Position numbers and translations under genes: made by a program
IMG/VR virus record: IMGVR_UViG_3300045988_062990
Source of the DNA: a virus
Strand: one strand, 5' to 3'
DNA length: 44,559 nucleotides
The notes under the pieces: generated by a model
What the model saw: only the letters and a program-made list of their open reading frames with translations
What the model was told of the DNA's origin: nothing
The model's database searches: none
Shown here: in pieces, positions 24,826 to 33,713 of the stretch
Numbering within the stretch: position 1 is the first letter of the stretch
Layout: every line of letters begins with the position of its first letter

Positions 24826-25398
24826 ATGAGGGTCGGTTATGTACGAGTCAGCACCGCAGAACAAAATCCGGCAAGACAGGTGGAGCTTATGAAATCCCTC
24901 GGTGTGGAGAAAGTCTTTCTCGACAAAATCAGTGGGAAGAACACGGACAGACCGCAGTTCAATGAAATGCTTTCGTTTCTCCGTGAGGGCGATACCCTGT
25001 ATGTAGAGTCATTCTCACGACTCTCCCGCAGTACACGGGATTTACTCGGTACAGTGTCGGTGCTGTCGGGGCGAGGTGTGCAACTGGTATCTGACAAGGA
25101 AAAAGTAGACACCAACACCCCACAAGGTAGGTTTATGCTGACGGTGTTTGCGGCGTTGTCGGAGTTGGAGCGAGAGAATATCCTTGAGCGTCAGCGTGAG
25201 GGTATTGAGATTGCCAAAGCGGAGGGCAAGTACAAGGGGCGTAAGCCGATTGCAGTGACGGACAGATTTCTTGGCGCGGCTCGGAGTTGGCAAGAGGGTT
25301 CTCTCCCGCTGAAAGACGCTATTGAGCAGTCGGGACTGTCGGAGTCCACATTCTTTCGTAAGTGCAAACAGCAAGGGATAAGGAGGGTCGGTGTATGA
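24826..25398 (+). CDS. Small serine recombinase (resolvase/invertase family)
   Basis: MRVGYVRVSTAEQN..R.. catalytic N-terminus, ..SRLSRS.., ..ELERENILERQREGI.., and a C-terminal HTH. Confidence 0.9.
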   Translation: MRVGYVRVSTAEQNPARQVELMKSLGVEKVFLDKISGKNTDRPQFNEMLSFLREGDTLYVESFSRLSRSTRDLLGTVSVLSGRGVQLVSDKEKVDTNTPQGRFMLTVFAALSELERENILERQREGIEIAKAEGKYKGRKPIAVTDRFLGAARSWQEGSLPLKDAIEQSGLSESTFFRKCKQQGIRRVGV

Positions 25399-25763
25399 GA
25401 AAGCTGATTTTGGCATTGTGTATGGTCGTAATGGTGTTCGTGTTGGTCGGTTGCGGTCAGAAAGAACCCGTTGCGGAAAAGACGGACGCTGAGAAGTTCG
25501 CAGAAGAAAACAGTATTTCGGTGGAATTGGCAGAGAGCATTGAGAACGCTCTGTCACAGACCGATGTTCCCTCCTCTCTGAATAAGCTCAATGATTGGGA
25601 ACAGATTGAGGATTATGCGGAGGGTCAGCGGTACACGGGCTGGATTTACTCCAATATGCAGGAGAAATACTACTACATGGTGTTCTATGTAAGCGGTGAT
25701 ACCGTTGAGAGTATTCGAGACCAAAAGAACGGACTTGAATATCTGTATCAGAAAACAGAATGA
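25395..25763 (+). CDS. Lipoprotein (122 aa)
   Basis: ATGA overlap with the recombinase stop. Signal peptide MRKLILALCMVVMVFVLVGC with an LVGC lipobox. Confidence 0.7.
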   Translation: MRKLILALCMVVMVFVLVGCGQKEPVAEKTDAEKFAEENSISVELAESIENALSQTDVPSSLNKLNDWEQIEDYAEGQRYTGWIYSNMQEKYYYMVFYVSGDTVESIRDQKNGLEYLYQKTE

Positions 25764-25778
25764 CGATTGATGATTACG

Positions 25779-25832
25779 GCGCATGATTGCGATTGAGGTT
25801 TCGACCTCGACCAGTCATGCGCTTTTCTTTTT
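25779..25832 (+). terminator. Intrinsic terminator at the end of the island (two-tier hairpin plus T-run)
   Basis: GCGCATGA (25779-25786) pairs with TCATGCGC (25815-25822). Inner stem GAGGT-ttcg-ACCTC. TTTTCTTTTT follows. Confidence 0.7.
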
Positions 25833-25928
25833 GCAGGAGGTAAACATGGAAAAGCTACTTTCAAAAATTCTATCGAAAAAATAAAAAAGGACTCTTACCT
25901 ATTTCGGACATGGGAAGACCTGCTCTAT

Positions 25929-27491
25929 ATGAGCAAGGAAGCTATGAAAAAGGACATTCCGCTTGGGGTAAGGTATCTCAAGCTGTTGTCGGCTGAGTGC
26001 GAGAGAGGTATCAGCGACCCGCTCTCCTCTGAGGAGGAAGTCAAAGAACTGTACGGACTACACAAGCGTGTCCTGCTTGCCGCCGCGCCGTATGATTTTG
26101 ACAGCTATCTACTCTATGTGGAGTGGAACAGAGAACCGAAAAAGAAGTTCTACCCGCCGCGCCGCAAGGTGCTGAAACAGGTGGTGGACGCACTACAGGA
26201 GCTTGCGGACGATAAATTGGACTTACTCGCGGTCAGTCTGCCGCCCGGTAGTGGTAAGACCACCCTTGCTATCTTCTACCTTACTTGGCTCGGCGGCAGG
26301 ATTCCGAACGAACCTATGCTGACGGGTTCTCACTCCAATTCGTTCGTGCGCGGTGTGTATGATGAATGTCTGCGTATCTTTGACGCAAATGGTGATTACC
26401 TGTGGCACGATGTATTTCCCGATATACAGGTCTCCAACACGAACGCGAAAGATTGTCGTATCGACCTTGACAAGCGACAGCGTTTTGAAACATTGGAGTT
26501 CACCTCCATCGGTACGGGCAATGCGGGTCTATATCGTGCGGCTACCCTTCTCTACTGTGACGATTTGGTGTCCGGTATTGAGGTCGCGCTATCCAAGGAG
26601 CGACTGGACAAGCTGTGGGAGACCTACACCACGGACTTGAGACAGCGTAAAATCGGAGACCACTGTAAGGAACTCCATATCGCTACCCGATGGTCGGTGC
26701 ATGATGTTATCGGTCGATTGGAACGGGAGTATATGGACAGCGACAGGGCAAAGTTCATTGTTGTTCCCGCAATGGACGAAAACGATGAGTCCAACTTTGA
26801 CTATGCTTACGGGGTCGGGTTCTCCACCAAGTTCTACCGCGAACAGCGGGGCATTATGGACGATGTTTCGTGGAGGGCGTTGTATATGAACGAACCGATT
26901 GAGCGTGAGGGCTTGGTCTATTCGCCGGACGAGCTACGCCGATACTTTGACTTGCCGAAAGAGGACGCAGACGCGATTATCGGTATCTGCGACACCAAGG
27001 ACAAGGGTGCGGACTACGCTTTCCTGCCCGTGGCGTATGTGTATGGACAGGACTACTATATTGACGATTGTGTATGCGACAACGGGCTACCAAACATCGT
27101 GGACGCTCGGTTGGTGGAAATCCTCGTGCGGGATAAGGTCAAGTCCTGCCGTTTTGAGTCCAACTCCGCAGGTCGGCGAGTGGCTGAGAAAATACAGGAG
27201 GAGGTCAAGAAGAAAAACGGCATTACACATATCACGACCAAGTTCACTACCGCCAACAAGGAGACGAAAATCATCGTCAACAGCGCATGGGTCAAGGAGC
27301 ATTGTCTGTTCAAGGACGCTTCCCTCTATCAGAGAAAGTCGGACTACGGTAAGATGATGGATATGCTTTGCTCCTATACTGTTGCAGGTAAGAACAAGCA
27401 CGATGATGTACCCGATGGAATGGCTATGCTTGCCGAATACGCACAATCTTTAAGCGGTCAGAAAGTCGAGGTATTCAAACGCCCGTGGTAA
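25929..27491 (+). CDS. terL: Terminase large subunit
   Basis: Walker A PPGSGKTT, Walker B LLYCDDLV, and a C-terminal nuclease region with ..DTKDKGADY.. and ..HDDVPDG.. Confidence 0.9.
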   Translation: MSKEAMKKDIPLGVRYLKLLSAECERGISDPLSSEEEVKELYGLHKRVLLAAAPYDFDSYLLYVEWNREPKKKFYPPRRKVLKQVVDALQELADDKLDLLAVSLPPGSGKTTLAIFYLTWLGGRIPNEPMLTGSHSNSFVRGVYDECLRIFDANGDYLWHDVFPDIQVSNTNAKDCRIDLDKRQRFETLEFTSIGTGNAGLYRAATLLYCDDLVSGIEVALSKERLDKLWETYTTDLRQRKIGDHCKELHIATRWSVHDVIGRLEREYMDSDRAKFIVVPAMDENDESNFDYAYGVGFSTKFYREQRGIMDDVSWRALYMNEPIEREGLVYSPDELRRYFDLPKEDADAIIGICDTKDKGADYAFLPVAYVYGQDYYIDDCVCDNGLPNIVDARLVEILVRDKVKSCRFESNSAGRRVAEKIQEEVKKKNGITHITTKFTTANKETKIIVNSAWVKEHCLFKDASLYQRKSDYGKMMDMLCSYTVAGKNKHDDVPDGMAMLAEYAQSLSGQKVEVFKRPW

Positions 27492-27546
27492 TTCACATTT
27501 TCCACAAAGTTTTCCACATATAATTCGCAAAAGAAGAATAAGAATA

Positions 27547-27575
27547 TTGACTTTTACGAATTAGTATGCTATAAT
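27547..27575 (+). promoter_or_regulatory. Promoter TTGACT-17-TATAAT with an extended -10 TG
   Basis: TTGACT at 27547-27552, TGC-TATAAT with TATAAT at 27570-27575. Confidence 0.65.
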
Positions 27576-27603
27576 TGTAAGTGTAGAAATAGATTGTTTT
27601 GAG

Positions 27604-27660
27604 TGGCGCATGATTGCGCGGGAACGAAAGTTCTCGGCGGTCGTGCGCCATTTTACTTTT
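27604..27660 (+). terminator. Terminator-like hairpin plus T-run in the leader between the promoter and the portal gene (candidate attenuator/antitermination target)
   Basis: TGGCGCA (27604-27610) pairs with TGCGCCA (27644-27650). An inner GAAC-gaaa-GTTC stem. TTTTACTTTT follows. It shares the 14-mer GGCGCATGATTGCG with 25778-25791. Confidence 0.55.
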
Positions 27661-27679
27661 TCAGAGAGGAGGGACAAAT

Positions 27680-29107
27680 GTGGGAAATGTAATCGACACT
27701 TCCAAGCCCGTGGCAGAGACTCGTCAGATGTTCGGGCGTAGAGTTATCAAGAGTAGCGTCACCGAAATCACAGATGAGAATGTCGTGGAAGTGTTGCTCA
27801 AGGCATTGTCCATTCACGCTCTGAACCGCTCTGAGATTGATTACCTGTGGGACTACTACAAGGGTAAGCAACCGATTTTGAACCGCACCAAGGAGGTTCG
27901 CCCGGAAATCTGCAATCGTATTGTAGAAAACCGTGCGAATGAAATCGTGTCCTTTAAGGTCGGGTATCTGTGCGGAGAACCTATTCAATATGTCGGCAAG
28001 AGCGGCGAGGAGTCCGTTACGGCGGCGATTACCCGCTTGAATGAGCTGATGTTCGCGGAGGATAAAGCGTCCCAAGACCAAGAGATTGTGGAATGGCAGA
28101 TGATTTGCGGAACAGCGTTCCGACTGGTTCTGCCGGACGCACGGGGCGAGGAAGATGAGTCCCCGTTTGAGCTGTATACGCTCGACCCGCGAGATACCTT
28201 TGTGGTGTATTCCAATGAAATCGGCAACAAGCCGCTTATGGCGGTGAAATACAGCAAGGACGATAACGAGATTACACGCTACTCCATTTATACGGAGAAC
28301 CGCTATTATCTCGTGGAGGACGGTATTCTGAAAGAGTCCACTCCTCATGCGCTGAACATGATTCCCATTTTCGAGTACCCGGCGAATAACGCTCGGCTCG
28401 GCTCGTTTGAGATTGTTCTTCCCCTCCTCGATACGATGAACAATATCACCTCCAACCGCATGGACGGTGTTGAGCAGGTGGTACAGGCGTTTATCAAGTT
28501 CATCAACTGTGACATCACCAAAGAGGAGTACGAGGAGTTTCTTACCCTCGGTGCAATCAAGGTGAAATCTGTGGACGGTGCGAACGCCGATGTGGGAGTT
28601 GTCACGACCGACCTCAATCAGACACAGACGCAGACCTTGAAAGAGGATTGCTACAATTCCATTCTCACAATTTGCGGTATGCCGAACCGTAACGGTGGTA
28701 GCTCCACGAGCGACACGGGCGCGGCGGTACTTCTGCGAGACGGTTGGTCTCTTGCCGAAGCGAGGGCGAAAGACAGCGAAAATATGTTCAAAAAGGCTGA
28801 AAAGAAAATGCTCAAGCTCGTGTTGCGTATCTGCCGTGAACTGAGTGATTTCGATATTGCCCTCAAGGACATTGAGTTACAGTTCACCCGCCGCAATTAC
28901 GAGAACATTCAGAGCAAGTCGCAGGTGCTTACGACCATGCTCGATAACCCGAAAATCCACCCGCTTCTTGCTTTCCAACATTCCGGCTTGTTCATCGACC
29001 CCGAACGCGCTTACGCAATGAGTGTGAAGTATTACGAGCAGGAACAGGCGAAAGTGATTGAGCAGAAGCCTGTAGAAAATCCGAACCCCGATGGGGACGA
29101 TAAATGA
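27680..29107 (+). CDS. Portal protein (SPP1 gp6-like)
   Basis: GTG at 27680 follows GAGGAGGG. The length and the ..IDYLWDYYKGKQPIL.. region are typical of SPP1-type portals. Confidence 0.8.
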   Translation: MGNVIDTSKPVAETRQMFGRRVIKSSVTEITDENVVEVLLKALSIHALNRSEIDYLWDYYKGKQPILNRTKEVRPEICNRIVENRANEIVSFKVGYLCGEPIQYVGKSGEESVTAAITRLNELMFAEDKASQDQEIVEWQMICGTAFRLVLPDARGEEDESPFELYTLDPRDTFVVYSNEIGNKPLMAVKYSKDDNEITRYSIYTENRYYLVEDGILKESTPHALNMIPIFEYPANNARLGSFEIVLPLLDTMNNITSNRMDGVEQVVQAFIKFINCDITKEEYEEFLTLGAIKVKSVDGANADVGVVTTDLNQTQTQTLKEDCYNSILTICGMPNRNGGSSTSDTGAAVLLRDGWSLAEARAKDSENMFKKAEKKMLKLVLRICRELSDFDIALKDIELQFTRRNYENIQSKSQVLTTMLDNPKIHPLLAFQHSGLFIDPERAYAMSVKYYEQEQAKVIEQKPVENPNPDGDDK

Positions 29108-29138
29108 TTTTAGGCGGCATTGACCGTTTGAGATAGTC

Positions 29139-29213
29139 AGAGAAGACTTTAATCGCAAATAGGTAGAGAAACCTTAAATCGCACCATAACGGGAGAGAAC
29201 CCGTAAAAACGCA
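29139..29213. repeat. Three direct repeats AGAGAA-N3/4-T(T)AAAtCGCA in the portal-scaffold intergenic region
   Basis: 29139-29157, 29165-29183 and 29194-29213, with a 26-29-nt period. Confidence 0.7.
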
Positions 29214-29227
29214 AGGAGGAATATTTT

Positions 29228-29803
29228 ATGGCAAGGATTGATGTAAGCAAAATTGAGGGTTACGCCGAAATGTCCGCAGAGGATAAGCTCAAGGCTTTGG
29301 AAGCATTTGACATTCCCGACCCCGATTATTCCGGCTATGTGGATAAGAAGCTGTTTGATAAGACTGCTTCCGAACTGGCTGAGAAGAAAAAGGAACTGAG
29401 GGATAAGCTCTCTGAGGACGAAGCCGCCAAGCTGAAAGAAAAGGAGGAGCGTGATGAGCTTGAGGAAAAGTACAACAAGCTCCTGCGTGAGAGCGCGGTC
29501 TCCAAGAACAAGGCGAAACTGGTCGCGTTGGGCTATGAGGAAAGTTTGGCTGATGAGACAGCGGAAGCTATGGCAGACGGCAATTTGGAAAAGGTCTTTG
29601 CCAATCAGAAGAAGCACCTCGCGTCCTTTGAAAAGAGGATTCGTGCGGAAGCTCTGAAAGATACTCCGAAACCTACTCCCGATGGAGACCCCAAGACTAT
29701 GACACTCAAAAAGCTCCGTGAAATGAGTCCTGCCGACAGACATAAGTTTTCGCAGGAACACGCGGAGGAATATAAAGAACTTTACACAGGAGGTAAAGAA
29801 TAA
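29228..29803 (+). CDS. Scaffolding protein
   Basis: A highly charged helical protein between the portal and capsid genes. Confidence 0.7.
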   Translation: MARIDVSKIEGYAEMSAEDKLKALEAFDIPDPDYSGYVDKKLFDKTASELAEKKKELRDKLSEDEAAKLKEKEERDELEEKYNKLLRESAVSKNKAKLVALGYEESLADETAEAMADGNLEKVFANQKKHLASFEKRIRAEALKDTPKPTPDGDPKTMTLKKLREMSPADRHKFSQEHAEEYKELYTGGKE

Positions 29804-30594
29804 TGGCTCATACGATTTACGATAATTTCTACCTCTCCAATGAGGTTGAAGACCAGTATAACTCCCACCTTGACCTGCAACAGTTCTGTACTGTTGACAA
29901 CTCTCTGGTGGGTACGGCGGGTATGCTCCGCAAAATCAATGTCTACAAGGCTACCAACGGCACGGAGAAACTTGAGATGGGTAAGGGCAATACCAAGTCC
30001 ATCGAGGTTTCCTATACGCCGGAGGAATACAAGATTCTGCTTGCTCAGAACCGCTTCAAGTATTATGACGAGCAGGAAATGACCGACCCCATGCTCGTTC
30101 CCGTTGGTGTTCGTCACATGGGTACGGATATGTTCAACACGGTCAATGCGGACATTTTCGCGGAGTTCAACAAGGCTACCCTTGCGGTCAGTGCCAAGGC
30201 GTATGATTTTGGTGCTTTTGCGGACGCTGTTGCGAAGCTGAACCTTGAGAAAATCGAGGGTGTGTCTATCTTTGGCTTTGTCAACGCCGCAGATATGGCA
30301 GAACTGCGTAAGGCTCTGAAAGAAGACCTTAAGTATGTTGAGTCTTTCGCGCGTACTGGCTATGTTGGTACGGTTGCGGGTGTGAACCTGTACACTAAGA
30401 AAGACGCGGTTACGGGTACTATCATTGTTGGTACTCGTGAAGCTGTTACCCTCTTTAACAAAAAGGGTACTGAAATCGAGCAGGAGCGTGACGCTGATAC
30501 CCGCGAGAACAGCATTTGGTCTCGTAAGTATTACCTTGCCGCTCTGACTGACGCGACCAAGGCAGTGAAGATTACTGTCACCCCGACCGTATAA
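29803..30594 (+). CDS. Major capsid protein
   Basis: Position after the scaffold gene. The N-terminus ..IYDNFYLSNEVEDQ.. resembles the N4-gp56-type capsid family, recalled from memory. Confidence 0.75.
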   Translation: MAHTIYDNFYLSNEVEDQYNSHLDLQQFCTVDNSLVGTAGMLRKINVYKATNGTEKLEMGKGNTKSIEVSYTPEEYKILLAQNRFKYYDEQEMTDPMLVPVGVRHMGTDMFNTVNADIFAEFNKATLAVSAKAYDFGAFADAVAKLNLEKIEGVSIFGFVNAADMAELRKALKEDLKYVESFARTGYVGTVAGVNLYTKKDAVTGTIIVGTREAVTLFNKKGTEIEQERDADTRENSIWSRKYYLAALTDATKAVKITVTPTV

Positions 30595-30618
30595 TCGTGA
30601 GAAATGGAGGACAGCGAT

Positions 30619-30819
30619 ATGTACAAGGTTGTAAGTAACTTTAGAGACGCAAAGGACAACAATCGCCTTTACGAAATCGGTGATGAGTACCCCGCCGCTG
30701 ACGCTCCGAAGCCGACTAAGACTCGGATTCTTGAGTTGGCAAAGGGCAAGAACCAGTATGGCGTGGTGTTCATTGAAGAAATCGAAGAAGCACCCGAAAA
30801 CACAGGCGATACTGAGTAA
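30619..30819 (+). CDS. Small head-associated hypothetical protein
   Basis: GGAGGA lies 7 nt before the ATG at 30619. Confidence 0.55.
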   Translation: MYKVVSNFRDAKDNNRLYEIGDEYPAADAPKPTKTRILELAKGKNQYGVVFIEEIEEAPENTGDTE

Positions 30820-30839
30820 ACGATGAGGAGGTGGACAGC

Positions 30840-31157
30840 ATGACCGATATTGAAAAACTGGCGGCTCTGAAAGCTATGGTCGGTGTTTCTGACACGGACG
30901 AAGTGTTGTCCACCTACCTTAAATTGTCCGGCAGTAAGATTCTCGCAAAAGCGTACCCGTATGACGATACCGTGACCGAAGTTCCCGCCAAATACGAGTA
31001 CCTGCAAATCGAAATCGCCGCCTATATGCTCAATAAGCGGGGTGCAGAGGGGCAGACCTCTCACACCGAAAACGGCATTACACGACAGTATGAGAACGCG
31101 GATATTCCCGCGTCCATGCTCAAGGCGGTCACTCCACATTGCGGGGTGATTCGATGA
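30840..31157 (+). CDS. Head-tail connector (gp6-like DNA-packaging/adaptor protein)
   Basis: GAGGAGG lies 8 nt before the ATG at 30840. ..LKA.VGV.D...D..L..YL.. pattern. Confidence 0.6.
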   Translation: MTDIEKLAALKAMVGVSDTDEVLSTYLKLSGSKILAKAYPYDDTVTEVPAKYEYLQIEIAAYMLNKRGAEGQTSHTENGITRQYENADIPASMLKAVTPHCGVIR

Positions 31158-31561
31158 GGTGCATGAACCGAAATAAGGTGAAGTTTTACTACGCTCTATA
31201 CGAGGGCAGAGAACCTATCCTTAACGAACAGGGCAGAAAAACAGGTCAGTACAAGGTCATTCACGGTAATCCCATCGAGGGACACGCTAATATCTCAGCC
31301 GCAAAAGGCGAAACGCAGACGCGGCAGTTCGGTGAGAATGAGTCCTATGACAAGGTAGTTGTGATGGATTTCATTACACCGCCTATTGACGAGTATTCAA
31401 TTCTGTGGGTTGACACCATGCCGGAACTCAATGCTGACGGTACTCTTGCTACAAACGATGAGGGTGAAGTCATTACTCCTCACGATTATGTGGTAAAGAA
31501 AGTCGCAAAGAGTCTGAACAGCGTATCAATCGCCATAAGCAAGGTGACGGTCAGTGGGTAA
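31154..31561 (+). CDS. Head-closure / head-tail joining protein candidate
   Basis: ATGA overlap. Call based on position in the morphogenesis module. Confidence 0.5.
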   Translation: MRCMNRNKVKFYYALYEGREPILNEQGRKTGQYKVIHGNPIEGHANISAAKGETQTRQFGENESYDKVVVMDFITPPIDEYSILWVDTMPELNADGTLATNDEGEVITPHDYVVKKVAKSLNSVSIAISKVTVSG

Positions 31562-32075
31562 AAAGATTATTCGATTTGGGCTGTCTGTGCGTGACATCGA
31601 CAGGGCAATGCGGGAACTGGAACAGTATAAGCAGGATATTATCCGTAAGACCGACTTCTTACGAGAGCGGGTAGCGGAACGGCTTGCAGAGCTGTCACGG
31701 GACGGATTTACGGGAGCTGTCGTTGATGATTTACTGAAAGGCGGTCAGCGTACCGCACAGGTCGATGTGAGTATCGACCAACGCGACAATATCACTCTCG
31801 TTATTGCGCGAGGTGAGGACGCAGTTTGGGTTGAGTTCGGCGCGGGTGTTCATTACAACGGCACGGTGGGTACTTCTCCCCACCCGAAAGGGTCTGAATT
31901 GGGGTTCACCATCGGCGGTTACGGTAAGGGCATGGGTAAAAAAGATGTGTGGGGATTCTATGAGGACGGCAAGCTACGCTTGACTCACGGCGCACCCGCT
32001 ACCATGCCGATGTATAACGCCGTAAAGACCGTGTGTGATGAAATCGCAGAGATAGCGAGGGAGGTGTTTCAATGA
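31554..32075 (+). CDS. HK97 gp10-like head-tail joining protein candidate
   Basis: GTG start overlapping the upstream gene. Call is by position only. Confidence 0.5.
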   Translation: MGKKIIRFGLSVRDIDRAMRELEQYKQDIIRKTDFLRERVAERLAELSRDGFTGAVVDDLLKGGQRTAQVDVSIDQRDNITLVIARGEDAVWVEFGAGVHYNGTVGTSPHPKGSELGFTIGGYGKGMGKKDVWGFYEDGKLRLTHGAPATMPMYNAVKTVCDEIAEIAREVFQ

Positions 32076-32488
32076 TTGACATGGAAGACGATATTTTTGA
32101 CGAAGTATCGGAAAAGGTTTATGCGGTGTTCGAGAAGAAATGTCCCGACCTGCTCATTATGAGCGAATATGTCAAGTCACCCTCCTCGTTTCCTTTTATC
32201 TCCATTGTTGAGATAGACAATGCCACATTTCGCAACTCTCAGACCACGGAGGGACACGAAAACCATGTGGCTGTGACCTACGAGGTGAATGTCTACTCCA
32301 ATAAGACATCGGGTAAAAAAGCGGAGTGTAAGGCACTGGCGGCGTTCGTTGACGAACTGCTTTTGGAACTGAACTTCACTCGGACAATGCTTGAACCCGT
32401 ACCAAACCAAGATGAAGCGACCATTTATCGTATGCTCGGACGCTACCGGGCAGTAATATCCAAAAATAAAACAATTTACAGGAGGTAA
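32072..32488 (+). CDS. Tail completion / terminator protein candidate
   Basis: Position immediately before the tail tube gene. Confidence 0.5.
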   Translation: MIDMEDDIFDEVSEKVYAVFEKKCPDLLIMSEYVKSPSSFPFISIVEIDNATFRNSQTTEGHENHVAVTYEVNVYSNKTSGKKAECKALAAFVDELLLELNFTRTMLEPVPNQDEATIYRMLGRYRAVISKNKTIYRR

Positions 32489-32493
32489 AAATC

Positions 32494-32922
32494 ATGGCTA
32501 TTTCCACCTATAAGATTTTCCTTATGAAGAAAGCCACCGCAGGTGAAACCTACGAAAAGGTTATCGACATTAAGGATTTCCCCGACCTCGGCGGTGCGCC
32601 GGAGATGTTGGAGACCACTACCCTGTCTGACAAAATGCAGACCTATATCCCCGGTATCCAGTCCCTTGACGCGCTTGAGTTCACCGCGAACTACACCAAG
32701 GCTGACTTTACCAAGCTCAAGGCTCTTGAGGGTAAGGAGGAGTCTTATGCTGTGTGGTTTGGCGGTGAGGAAACTGGCGGCACTTTGACCCCCACTGGCT
32801 CTGACGGAAAGTTCGAGTTTAAGGGTCAGCTTTCCGCGTTCCCTGTTGGCGGCGGCGTGAATGAGGTCGTTGATATGACCGTCACTATCGCACCGTCTAC
32901 CCCTATCACTGTGGCAGAGTAA
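32494..32922 (+). CDS. Major tail (tube) protein
   Basis: 142 aa, located before the chaperone pair and the tape measure. AGGAGG RBS. Confidence 0.7.
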   Translation: MAISTYKIFLMKKATAGETYEKVIDIKDFPDLGGAPEMLETTTLSDKMQTYIPGIQSLDALEFTANYTKADFTKLKALEGKEESYAVWFGGEETGGTLTPTGSDGKFEFKGQLSAFPVGGGVNEVVDMTVTIAPSTPITVAE

Positions 32923-32946
32923 AAGAAAATTTAGGAGGACAGAACA

Positions 32947-33276
32947 ATGAGTAAACAGTTGACTTTCACTTTCGAGGATAAGGAATACACCCTCGAATAC
33001 ACCCGCAGAACTGTTGCGGAAATGGAGAAAAAGGGTTTTATAGCGTCTGAAATCACCGAAAAGCCCATGAGTACTCTCCCGGCACTGTTCGCAGGTGCAT
33101 TCCTCGCTCACCATCGTTTTGTGAAGCAGGACACCATTGACACAATCTATTCTAAGCTCACCAAGAAAGAGGAGCTTATCGGTAAGTTGGCAGAAATGTA
33201 TAACGAACCGATTATGACCCTCGTTGAAGAACCCGAAGAAAGCAAGGGAAACTTGAACTGGACAGCGACTTGGTGA
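32947..33276 (+). CDS. Tail assembly chaperone (G-like)
   Basis: Canonical position between the tail tube and tape measure genes. Confidence 0.7.
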   Translation: MSKQLTFTFEDKEYTLEYTRRTVAEMEKKGFIASEITEKPMSTLPALFAGAFLAHHRFVKQDTIDTIYSKLTKKEELIGKLAEMYNEPIMTLVEEPEESKGNLNWTATW

Positions 33277-33713
33277 GTGACCCGCTGTCCTCCACTGAGG
33301 GGAGTGGTGGTGTTACTGCCACTGCTCCCCTCCACTCTTACGGAGAGAAATTTGAGGAGCTTTTTCCGTATTATCTGTCTCTCGGCATGACCGAAGAACA
33401 GTATTGGGATAAGGATTGCCGATTGGTGATTTTCTATCGGAAAGCGGAAGAACTCCGAACGAGCAGAAAAAACCAAGAAATGTGGTTACAGGGTGCGTAT
33501 TTCTACGAAGCTCTGTCCCGTGTGTCACCTCTGCTCCATGCTTTTGCCAAAAAGGGTACGAAACCTGCTCCGTACTTGTCAGAACCGTTCGCTATCACAG
33601 AAAAACAGGCTGAGTATCAGCAGGAAGAAAAGGACAAGAAAATCTACGATAAGGGCAAAGCACTTATCGAGGGCTTTATGGCGAAGCATAACAAGAAATT
33701 TGAAGGGAAGTGA
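32947..33713 (+). CDS. Tail assembly chaperone GT-like fusion made by a programmed -1 frameshift
   Basis: Slippery G_GGA_AAC at 33246-33252 in the zero frame. The -1 frame is open from there to 33713. The second ORF has no RBS of its own. Confidence 0.6.
33246..33252 (+). promoter_or_regulatory. -1 ribosomal slippery heptamer GGGAAAC
   Basis: X_XXY_YYZ in the frame of ORF 32947. Analogous to lambda G/GT GGGAAAG. Confidence 0.6.

Noticed and set aside
25846-25884. A 12-codon mini-ORF (MEKLLSKILSKK) with a GGAGG RBS between the island terminator and terL.
   Set aside because: It is too short to distinguish from chance. It could be a leader peptide, but there is no supporting structure or conservation that I can evaluate.
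24499-25893. TTTCAAAAA...AATAAAAAGGACT occurs at 24499-24521 and 25859-25893, flanking the HTH-recombinase-lipoprotein cassette as possible direct repeats or att sites.
   Set aside because: The matches are short, A/T-rich, and contain an indel and different spacers. They could be chance or shared promoter/terminator-proximal composition. This is mentioned only as a weak lead.
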